From: a virus
Virus record (IMG/VR): IMGVR_UViG_3300037042_003932
Span: 79,879 to 143,878 of that record
DNA length: 64,000 nt
Strand: one strand, 5' to 3'
Shown here: positions 56,111-64,000 of the stretch, one piece after another
Position numbering within the stretch: the first letter of the stretch is position 1
Layout: the number at the start of each line of letters is the position of its first letter
Notes under the pieces: model-generated
Databases searched by the model: none
Told to the model about the DNA's origin: nothing
What the model saw: only the letters and a program-made list of their open reading frames with translations
Position numbers and translations under genes: made by a program

Positions 56111-58225
56111 CTAGTCTACGTGCTGAGCGATATACGTACCGGCAGGGCGACCGAGCAATGAGCCCAGCAAGAAGCCTTTGGGGCCAAGAGCAAAAGAACC
56201 AGCCAATCCACCAACGACATCTCCCGCTATCCCACCAAACAATGCCCGACCGAATTGATCAAAGCGCTCTCCAGGATGCGCAGTCGCTGCAGCAAGGGGC
56301 GCAGACATAAAGGGGTGTAACGCCGAGCTCAAGTAGAGAAGCCCCTGGCGTCCAGAGGTGTAGCGGTCTGCGGGCACTTCGGGACCGTCAGGGCCGTCAG
56401 GGTTGTGGGGGAAGTCATCATAGTAACTGCCCTGCTTGCCGTGCATGGCGTCCACAATCTTGTCCACAGCATACGAAGAGCCCATCGCAGTACCAAGGCT
56501 ACCTGCTATCTCACCCATAGGTGGAACAGCCTTACCGAGGGATTGGAGGGCCGGATACTTCGAGGCTTGCCAGGGTTTTGGGATGCTGTCGCGCAACAAC
56601 AAAGAAGTACCGGCACCAACCAAACCACCAACGCCACCCGCGAACGCACTCTCAGCCAATCCATGACGTTTGATATGAGCGTGTAAACCCTTCATGCCCT
56701 CGGCGTCGTACACGCTCTTCATAGCGCGACGAGAGCCAAGCATCCCCGACACACCACCTGTGGCTGCTCCAAGAAGAGCTGAGATGCCCGTGAGCCCTAA
56801 GCTTGCTTTCGCGAGGTTGCCACCAGAGAGCCCCATCTGCTTAAGCAAAATAGGAGCGGTGATTCCCGAGGACAAAGCACCTGAGATGGTGCTCGTGAGT
56901 ATCCGATGCCTTCGGTCTGCTCCAACAGCCTTGTGATACAACTCTTGCGGGTCTTCCACAGGGGCAGGATTGACGTCCGAAGCGATCTTGGGGATCAAAG
57001 AATCAATCAGACTCGAAACCTTATCGATGTCCCAGCTTCCCAAAGGTTGTGCATCAGGCTTGGGCACTGGGGGACAACGCTTCAGCTTCTCCTCGTGCTG
57101 TGAGGAGGTAGTGATGCCTGACGTTGAGGTTGGCCCAGAGATAGGAGGGAAGTTAGCTCCTGCAGCTACCTTGGGCAGAGACTGGTGCTGCTCTTGGAGC
57201 TTGTACTTCTCCTCGTTCTTCTTGCGAATTCGATAGCGCATGTACTGGTCAGCGCCCTCTTCTACGAGGTCACCACCAAGGCGAAGAGCTCGAGCGACGC
57301 CCTTCAACTCTTCAGCTCTCTTCTCCGACTCGTAGATGCGCTGAGCTACCAAAGCCACAATATCCGACGCCGTCTTCTTCTCGCTAGAAGTGGCAGCGTC
57401 TTCCATCTTCTTGAGCCGCTTGTAGTAGTCTGGGATCTCAGCCAGGTGGTCAAGAGCAACACGCTTGGAGGTAGTCCTGTCAGGCGTATGCTCGGTCTCG
57501 ACTTCAGTACCCTTCGAGAGCTCACCAGAGTCAACGTCAGACTCAGTGACGTTCTCCTCTTTAGCGCGACCACCACCTAAAAAACGAGCATGACCCGTAG
57601 CCAACTCATAAGCTTCAGCCTCGAGTTTATGCTTGTTGAGTCCTTTAGACTCTGCAAAGGCATGGAATGACTCGTCGTCGGGGTTGTGGTTCTTGTTGAA
57701 GAACTTGACCAAGGTCGAACGAGAGGAGTCTTCGTTGTCTGCAGCAGTCTTCTTGTTGGTCACAGTGCCCTCTTCATTCTCGGTATCCCCATCCTGCTTG
57801 CCCTCTTCAAGACGCACAGCTTCTTCGACGTGATTGGCGATGGGGTGAGCTTGGTCGTAGGTCAAACCTTGGCGCTTCATCATGTCGCGCTCGGTAACCT
57901 CGTGCCCAATGAGCGCTGAGAGGTCTTTGCCTTCGTTTCCACTCTCAATCCAGATCTCATTCTCTGGGATGAAAGGGTAAACGTAATGATGACCACCTAC
58001 CGAGAAGCTCTGGTCTTGCTGACGTGCCTGGCCACCGTCAACAGCACAGATGTCGATGCGGTCTATGACCTCTTTGGCGATGTCAGCGGCGGTCTTCTTG
58101 CGCTCGGGTAACTTCTTGATATTCTTAGTTTCATGAGCCCACTCAAGCGCTTTACCCTTAGGCAATTCACCACGAGCCTCGGCGGCAAACATGAAGCGCT
58201 GTTGCGCCTTAGATTTGAACGGCAT
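56111..58225 (-). CDS. Multidomain putative internal virion (poly)protein: MPFKS module, zincin-like module, DUF5661-like module, glycine-zipper helices
   Basis: MPFKSKAQQRFMFA; GGHHYVY..EIWIE..HEVTER..AH; GTEVETEH..ALDHLAEIPDYY.RL; GxxxG helices; start trimmed to MPFKS. Confidence 0.65.
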   Translation of the reverse strand: MPFKSKAQQRFMFAAEARGELPKGKALEWAHETKNIKKLPERKKTAADIAKEVIDRIDICAVDGGQARQQDQSFSVGGHHYVYPFIPENEIWIESGNEGKDLSALIGHEVTERDMMKRQGLTYDQAHPIANHVEEAVRLEEGKQDGDTENEEGTVTNKKTAADNEDSSRSTLVKFFNKNHNPDDESFHAFAESKGLNKHKLEAEAYELATGHARFLGGGRAKEENVTESDVDSGELSKGTEVETEHTPDRTTSKRVALDHLAEIPDYYKRLKKMEDAATSSEKKTASDIVALVAQRIYESEKRAEELKGVARALRLGGDLVEEGADQYMRYRIRKKNEEKYKLQEQHQSLPKVAAGANFPPISGPTSTSGITTSSQHEEKLKRCPPVPKPDAQPLGSWDIDKVSSLIDSLIPKIASDVNPAPVEDPQELYHKAVGADRRHRILTSTISGALSSGITAPILLKQMGLSGGNLAKASLGLTGISALLGAATGGVSGMLGSRRAMKSVYDAEGMKGLHAHIKRHGLAESAFAGGVGGLVGAGTSLLLRDSIPKPWQASKYPALQSLGKAVPPMGEIAGSLGTAMGSSYAVDKIVDAMHGKQGSYYDDFPHNPDGPDGPEVPADRYTSGRQGLLYLSSALHPFMSAPLAAATAHPGERFDQFGRALFGGIAGDVVGGLAGSFALGPKGFLLGSLLGRPAGTYIAQHVD

Positions 58226-58757
58226 TCTGGGCCTCTGGGGGTTTTCTGTTCGCCAAAGCAAGACCACCACCAATGGCACCAGCAGCCAAGAGCCCTCCAC
58301 CAATAGACTTCACTGGGTTTCGAGCGATGGCTCCCCACATACGACTTCCCAAAGAAGGAGTGTTCAACTTGTTGACCAACTTCGTCTGGGAAGCGAGGGC
58401 ATCAGTGATGTTAGATTTATGGATGTTAGGAGAACCCGAGCCACGCTGGGCGTTCATCCAGTTAAGCGCTTCATTCTGCATATTACCTATGCCCTTGCGA
58501 CTCTGCTGAAGCTTTGCGCCCTGCCGCACCGTTTCAGCGTGCTGTGGGTGCAGCTTATCCATAGTCAAAGCTGGGTCCTTCACCATGCGGTTTCCGGTGT
58601 TTACTGCCGCACGAGAAGCCCGCATCTTCTGGGCAAGCTCAGGGTTAGAAGCATCCATCTCACGCATCATGCGGTTAGCTGCTTCTTTTTCAATATCGGC
58701 GTACGCCAGCTTGACGCCATATTCGTAGGCTTCGGTAATATCTTGGGGTGTGAGCAT
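58209..58757 (-). CDS. Glycine-zipper membrane-anchor protein, AYEYGVKLA family
   Basis: N-terminal AYEYGVKLAY..EKEAA; C-terminal IGGGLLAAGAIGGGLALA; RBS AGGAG. Confidence 0.65.
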   Translation of the reverse strand: MLTPQDITEAYEYGVKLAYADIEKEAANRMMREMDASNPELAQKMRASRAAVNTGNRMVKDPALTMDKLHPQHAETVRQGAKLQQSRKGIGNMQNEALNWMNAQRGSGSPNIHKSNITDALASQTKLVNKLNTPSLGSRMWGAIARNPVKSIGGGLLAAGAIGGGLALANRKPPEAQNAVQI

Positions 58758-58811
58758 GTGTCTTATGTCTCCTGCACGGATTGTACAAGAGAAGTATAAG
58801 ACGCGGAAGGA

Positions 58812-59312
58812 CTAGTCGCGGGAGTTGTGCACGGCGTTGCCGATGCCGAGGCCCAAGCCGGTGAGACCAGCAGCGCCAATGCCCGCAGCGCCGAGACCGT
58901 ACGCAGCCGGGTGACGGCCCATGTGAGACAGGAAGCGGTCAGCGACGTTGTTGACAGCGCCGTAACTACGCGAAGCGATCTCACCCATCTGTGGGGCGTT
59001 GGGGATACCGATGGTCGAGCGAAGACCCTTCAGCTCGTCCATGATACCACCACCACGGCTCTTGAGAGCCTGCATGATTTCTTCAGCAGACATCTGGCTG
59101 ATGCCCTTTTCGGGAGCAGCCGCCATCACTTGGGGATTCGGGAAGGCATCGGGCGGCAGACGCGTCGACTGCGGGGCTCCACCACTGACGCCACCTTCCC
59201 ACGACTCGAGTGGTCGGCCCATCGCGTCAGCATTCGCGCTCTTCTGCAGATGCTCATACGCGAGCTTTACGCCGTATTCATAGGCGGCTTGCATATCTCG
59301 TTGCGTGATCAT
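58812..59312 (-). CDS. Glycine-zipper membrane-anchor protein, AYEYGVKLA family
   Basis: N-terminal AYEYGVKLAY..QKSAN; C-terminal YGLGAAGIGAAGLTGLGLGIG; RBS AAAGGA. Confidence 0.65.
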   Translation of the reverse strand: MITQRDMQAAYEYGVKLAYEHLQKSANADAMGRPLESWEGGVSGGAPQSTRLPPDAFPNPQVMAAAPEKGISQMSAEEIMQALKSRGGGIMDELKGLRSTIGIPNAPQMGEIASRSYGAVNNVADRFLSHMGRHPAAYGLGAAGIGAAGLTGLGLGIGNAVHNSRD

Positions 59313-59374
59313 GATCAGTTCCTTTCGTATAGGATGTCAGAGCAAAAAAAGGCACGTGCAAACTAAAGTATAGT

Positions 59375-62350
59375 CTACACGCCCTCTTTCGATAGGAGTT
59401 TTTTTAGCCTGGAGGTTACGTACATGTGGGGGAGTCGAGCGAGGTCTTTAATACCCAGTTCGATTAGATTCTTACAGAGTGTCTTAGCGCGAACACCTAT
59501 GACTTCCCAGCTGTGTCCAGAACACGCATGCAGGATGCTGTCCTTTGTTTCTTGGGTCATCTTTGGTCTGTAATTCCTACAGATAAAGGAATCTTCTGCT
59601 GAAGTGAATCGAAGGCGAGGATCGTTAAGGGATATCCTCTTTCCTTCCTCTCGTTCTTTTACTCTGAGTTCACGCTTCTCCCTATCAACGACAACAAACT
59701 TATCTCTGGGGATTTTGGGGGGCTGGGCTTTTTTGGGTTTATGTGCTCTATCTCGGATATAAAGCTCAGACATGCTGTTAAGGTCCCTTAGGAAAGACTT
59801 GAGTCCTGGGATGTCCAATCGGTATGGGGAAGGGTAAACAATCTTCGACTCTTCGGGAAACAAACTATCCCAAGCAAACAAATAGGGAGTAGAGATATAT
59901 AGTCGAACAGATGATCTTAAAATCTGACGCTCTGCGTTAAGATCTACAGTGTCGTCTGGTTTCAAGTAATCCATGTGGCCCATGATGTCCGAATCAGTTG
60001 AAGTCATAGCATAAAAGAATTGTGCATACTGAGTGCAGTACGCGTTGTTACCTCTCTTTCGTTTGTATACGCACTCAGGGTTAGGCGGTGTGGCTTTGTA
60101 ATCACGATAGAACTCTTTCCACGGCAAACCAAAGAATGTTAGACCTTTGGTGCGTAAAACCTTTATCGTGTAGCTCATTTTTCCAATGTTGAACGGAACA
60201 TCGTAAGGTGTCTTCGCTCCTCGGACACGACCCTTACTCTTCCTACCTCTGTTCTCAGTGCTCAGGGGGTCTTTGGGGTCGTTAGGCCGATGCTTGAATC
60301 TAGTGGCGAGGTCTATTTGCATATCGTCCACTTGCACCCCAAACAGCCACACAGGTAACTCAATTGTGTCTGGGCTTAAGTAATCACTATGTTTCTCGAT
60401 TCTAGCGAATAATGACGACTCACGCATCTCAGGCATCGGCATCTCTCGAATCTCTTTCGATAAGAACTGATCCATTAAAACCATATTCGTTAAGAAATAA
60501 AAACGCTCTCGATAGTTACTATCAGCTCCGGGTAGTAATTTGCAGGCACTCGCTTTTGGTGACGGGTACTCCAGAAGAATATTCTTAATACCCGCAGAGA
60601 TTGCTGGTGGTATTTTGCACATACGAGTGAGGAAAGCTACGTAACGGGGTACAGAGATCTCAAGGACATACTTACCTGCAATGCCGTTAGTGAACACACC
60701 AACATGTTGTAACAGAGGAGCCAGAGAACCAATCTCACGGTTTAAGAAGTCGAATTTAGACTTGTACTTCCGCACAGCGCTATACCAAGCATTCATAGTT
60801 AGAGCCAACGAGAGGGTGTATGCGCTGAAATAGTGTTTGGACTTTTGTGAGTATTGGCTGTTCGTTAACACAGGGCTTACATGCTCAGTACACGGAATAC
60901 CAAAACGATCTGTCCACACCAAAGAGTTCAACACTGCGTAGGTTGGGTCCATAAAGTCCAAGCAGTCTAACGTTCGGGCACGCTGGTCCTCTGGGGAGGC
61001 TGATGCCCCATACCTAGAGAGAAAATGAGACAGTGATACTGTGAACATAATCTTCGTAAGTATCTCCGGTGTCTTTTCTTCTATCGCGGAGCTCAGCAAT
61101 CGTGTTTTTGAAGACTCCGCGACACAAAGAATTTCGGAGTAAACATCTCTATTAGAGGACAAGAAACACCCATCGAATAACTCAATCAGTTTACTCCGTA
61201 AGTTTCTCGAATCAGAACTTTCGTACCCAAAGATCTTTGATAACTGCGCGTAGCTATGATTCAAGAATCTGTGATTTTGCGTTAATGAGATAGCCGAGGC
61301 ATCTGTGATTAACTGGAACAGAGTTAAGTAACGTAGACGTGGGTTTAGGTCACTCTCATTATCGGCTATTCGATCAATGGAGTTGGCCGTCTTAAGAACT
61401 AGACCGGTTTTCCCGTCTTCGTCTTGGAGTTTACAACGTAAAACGTCGACAGATATCCCATGAGAGGAGAGAAAATCAGCCAAAGGAATATATTCATTAG
61501 GAAATGAACGAAGAAAAGGGACAGTCAGAAGTAGCTGGGTTTTGACGGCACACCCAAATGAATCTCGACCGTTAGGTTCATTTAAGAAACCTAAGTCAGG
61601 ATACTTACAGAGAAGTTGTTTGATATCCTTACCTTTAACGTGAGCTACGGCTTCGTGCAACCCAGGCTGTGTAACAAAGAAAGAGGCAAAGTTGGAAGAT
61701 GTGACTTTAGCAAAAGTAGATGACGTGATCACGCTGCTTACACTCTTACAAAGAGTAAAAGCAGCGTCAAAAAGTGGAGAGTTGTTATAGAGCGCAAAGT
61801 ACAGCCGGGATGTCGCGCACTCATACGCACAGGGGTCGTAAATTCGAAGAGTGGGCAGTAACAGAACGGCTAGCCACCCCACGTACTGTCCGTGTAGGAC
61901 ACGACCTATGGACTCAGGGCTAAGAGGCTTCTCAAGCTTCGGAGGAGCAAGAAGCTTGTCCAGGGACAGAAGAACATGGGGCCACGATACTGACCAGCAA
62001 GCACCCAGCTCCGGAAGATCGTAGAGTCCAGCGGTCTCAGCCGAGCTGAGCTTGCTGTACCATATTTCCACACATGGGACAGCTTCGTCAGAACGGCGTA
62101 TTTCTGCTGTGGGTGCTCGCAGCAGAGGGCGGAACACAGAGAACTGCAGGCTGCTGTCGTGTGTCGGCATTCTAGTGAAGGATTCTGCTAACAATCGGAA
62201 CAGAGCGGGTTGGTCTAGGTGCTGGGCCACGTACGCCGTGAGGGCTTCTGGGGAGTCACAGGCTGCAGCCAGAAGCCCATCAGGGTGAAGACCGTCAGGC
62301 AGATACCAGGGGTGATTGTACTGTGGTTGGTTGGTGACTAAATTCGTCAT
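59375..62350 (-). CDS. Large hypothetical protein with C-terminal Myb/SANT-like HTH
   Basis: 991 aa; FTSAEDSFICRNY...GHSWEVIGVRAKTL; RBS GGAGG. Confidence 0.6.
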   Translation of the reverse strand: MTNLVTNQPQYNHPWYLPDGLHPDGLLAAACDSPEALTAYVAQHLDQPALFRLLAESFTRMPTHDSSLQFSVFRPLLRAPTAEIRRSDEAVPCVEIWYSKLSSAETAGLYDLPELGACWSVSWPHVLLSLDKLLAPPKLEKPLSPESIGRVLHGQYVGWLAVLLLPTLRIYDPCAYECATSRLYFALYNNSPLFDAAFTLCKSVSSVITSSTFAKVTSSNFASFFVTQPGLHEAVAHVKGKDIKQLLCKYPDLGFLNEPNGRDSFGCAVKTQLLLTVPFLRSFPNEYIPLADFLSSHGISVDVLRCKLQDEDGKTGLVLKTANSIDRIADNESDLNPRLRYLTLFQLITDASAISLTQNHRFLNHSYAQLSKIFGYESSDSRNLRSKLIELFDGCFLSSNRDVYSEILCVAESSKTRLLSSAIEEKTPEILTKIMFTVSLSHFLSRYGASASPEDQRARTLDCLDFMDPTYAVLNSLVWTDRFGIPCTEHVSPVLTNSQYSQKSKHYFSAYTLSLALTMNAWYSAVRKYKSKFDFLNREIGSLAPLLQHVGVFTNGIAGKYVLEISVPRYVAFLTRMCKIPPAISAGIKNILLEYPSPKASACKLLPGADSNYRERFYFLTNMVLMDQFLSKEIREMPMPEMRESSLFARIEKHSDYLSPDTIELPVWLFGVQVDDMQIDLATRFKHRPNDPKDPLSTENRGRKSKGRVRGAKTPYDVPFNIGKMSYTIKVLRTKGLTFFGLPWKEFYRDYKATPPNPECVYKRKRGNNAYCTQYAQFFYAMTSTDSDIMGHMDYLKPDDTVDLNAERQILRSSVRLYISTPYLFAWDSLFPEESKIVYPSPYRLDIPGLKSFLRDLNSMSELYIRDRAHKPKKAQPPKIPRDKFVVVDREKRELRVKEREEGKRISLNDPRLRFTSAEDSFICRNYRPKMTQETKDSILHACSGHSWEVIGVRAKTLCKNLIELGIKDLARLPHMYVTSRLKKLLSKEGV

Positions 62351-62378
62351 TTATTCGTCCTCCAAAGTCGTTCTGAGG

Positions 62379-62401
62379 TGTTTCGAAGGTATTTCGAAAC
62401 A
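62379..62401. promoter_or_regulatory. Inverted repeat, putative operator
   Basis: TGTTTCGAA-GGTAT-TTCGAAACA, about 30 bp upstream of the 991-aa ORF. Confidence 0.5.
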
Positions 62402-63820
62402 TAAAGTACACGCATAGTGGAAACTTAGTTCGAAGTCAATCTTTCACACGTTGTCAGCTGTCAAGCACAGCGTATATCTAATAAGGGAGAAGAGATATCA
62501 CAGTAAAAAATATTAGTACTGATGCTACAAATAACACAGAAAACGACCAAGGCAAAGAACCGAATAACCGATAAGCTGAAAACAGCAAAAACAAGAGGGA
62601 ATGTGCAAGTGTATACTAACGCTTATACCTTGAAATTATTGCTATTTTGGTAATTACGAACAATTTTACTAAGATACCCCGTTATAGGGTAGGTTAGTTT
62701 TGACGGCAATGCGGGGGATAAACACGAGAAGATAAGAGTTACAGTAAGTTAGAAGGAAATGTATAAGTTAAAAAAGATAAAAAAAGAATATGCTTACATA
62801 CCTCGCCCACACCCACCCCCCGTAATAGGTAAAAAACGCACATTGGTGTCGGAGGTGTCTCTGAGAATAAATACGGTATACTGCATAAATATGCAAAAAC
62901 CGAAAAGTCCATGTGGGGGACACATGTGGGCGAGGTATCCCGGTAGAAAAATGGCTATTAGATTTAACCCCCACAACCCCCAAAACCCCCGCAACCCCAG
63001 ACGGCGCTTGTTTCTCCCATTCCCCTTCTCCCCCTGTTTCAGCCCGTTCTCCCCTGTCCCCAGCCCTCCGCTCAACCCCCTGTAGCTCGAAAGCCGCTAT
63101 TAGAACCCCCCGCCGAGGTGGATGTTGGGTGTTTGAGCCTCTTACAGCACCGCAATCTCAGAGGGCGCTTATGTTTGCGTAGTCTCCTTATCTATCCACT
63201 CATATCGATGACTGCGTAATCTCCCTCAGAGTGGTGTTGGGTGTTTGCCTCCTCGTTTTGTGTGTATTTCTTATATTTTAGGGGAGCGTCAGGATTACCT
63301 GCGGTGCTTTGAAGCAACCCCAGCAGCCCTTAGAGGATTTAGAGTATCTGTGTCCTAATTCCCACATCTCTAAACCGACCTACCCTCACCCCAATAATAA
63401 TAATAAAATAACAAAAAAGATTAGTTTAGTTAGTTAGTTAGCTGTGTTTCTGGGTGTGCTTCCCTGGGGTCTCCTCAGGCCATTCTAAACAAACTTTCAT
63501 ATCGTAACCACGATACTTTTTAACGATTCTATAACCCCATACCTCGTGACTTCTAGTTTAAACCGGAATACCTCACGGACATACCACACCTGTAACATCA
63601 TATCGGATTCTGGTCGCTTCCCTACCTTATCGGGTCTACGACACTTCTGCCGGACTTTTGGCATGTGTTGCGTTCCGGCTGACGATAGACCCTGCATTTC
63701 TATGCTTTTTGACTGGAATTTTACAGCGTCATTGCGCTTTTAGCCCCTCGAACAGGCACCCTATCCACCTTGACGCTCCCCTTTTTTGACTGAGAGCACC
63801 TCGGTCGTGGAGGTCCATTC

Positions 63821-63868
63821 TCTACATCTGATTACCTCTGTCTACGTCTGATTACCTCTGACTACATC
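63821..63868. repeat. 20-bp tandem repeat (about 2.4 copies)
   Basis: TCTACATCTGATTACCTCTG / TCTACGTCTGATTACCTCTG / ACTACATC. Confidence 0.85.
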
Positions 63869-63885
63869 CCACTTTGTAAGTCCGT

Positions 63886-64000
63886 TCCCTACATCTCCTT
63901 ACGGAGGTGTTTTGTATACTTGTCAGGTGCTGTCCGATACCTCCCTACATCTCCTTACAGAGGTGTTTTGTATACATGTAAGGTGCTGCCCGATACTACC
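63886..64000. repeat. 56-bp tandem repeat (2 copies, may continue beyond the window)
   Basis: TCCCTACATCTCCTTAC[G/A]GAGGTGTTTTGTATAC... starting at 63886 and 63942. Confidence 0.85.

Noticed and set aside
58226-58303. Signal-peptide-like N-terminal extension of the 730-aa track ORF
   Set aside because: It is an alternative frame of the upstream gene's glycine zipper; MPFKS at 58225 is the more natural start
62759-63743. Short ORFs in the terminal region
   Set aside because: Low-complexity products of A- or C-skewed DNA, with no RBS or coding-like composition
63821-64000. CRISPR array
   Set aside because: Repeats are head-to-tail with no unique spacers, and no cas genes are present in the window
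1-64000. tRNA, rRNA, integrase, transposase, intron or intein
   Set aside because: No cloverleaf/T-loop context or catalytic motifs recognised by eye; tRNAscan-SE and Infernal would be needed to exclude these formally

Overview
This window looks like part of a large (jumbo-type) tailed dsDNA phage genome with roughly balanced GC and the standard genetic code. It contains no host housekeeping genes and no recognisable tRNA, rRNA or CRISPR array. (1) 1-31.9 kb is a minus-strand virion module: a tail assembly chaperone pair with a probable -1 frameshift, a tape measure protein, baseplate-type genes, about 25 kb of mosaic fibre/adhesin genes (LamG, Ig, PKD, YadA-like, CBM-like; one carries an M14 carboxypeptidase plus Kelch propeller) and a truncated hub-like gene. 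(2) 32-40.7 kb is a plus-strand block with a degenerate family-4 UDG, DinG-type helicase, secreted SLT transglycosylase, dNMP kinase and holin-like gene. (3) 40.7-56 kb is a minus-strand accessory block with ThyX, a DHH phosphoesterase, acidic proteins and a degenerate Nudix. It also holds the most striking feature, a tandem array of about 23 highly diverged 65-100 aa ORFs (47.9-54.7 kb) sharing one C-terminal helix signature F-x2-[VIL]-x3-[LM]-x3-Y-x2-[ML]. (4) 56-59.3 kb encodes three glycine-zipper proteins punctuated by K-x-A-[AS] motifs, candidate protease-processed internal virion proteins. (5) A 991-aa ORF with a Myb-like C-terminus precedes a 1.6-kb skewed non-coding region with direct repeats, a possible origin or terminus. 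All assignments come from reading motifs by eye; no database search was run.
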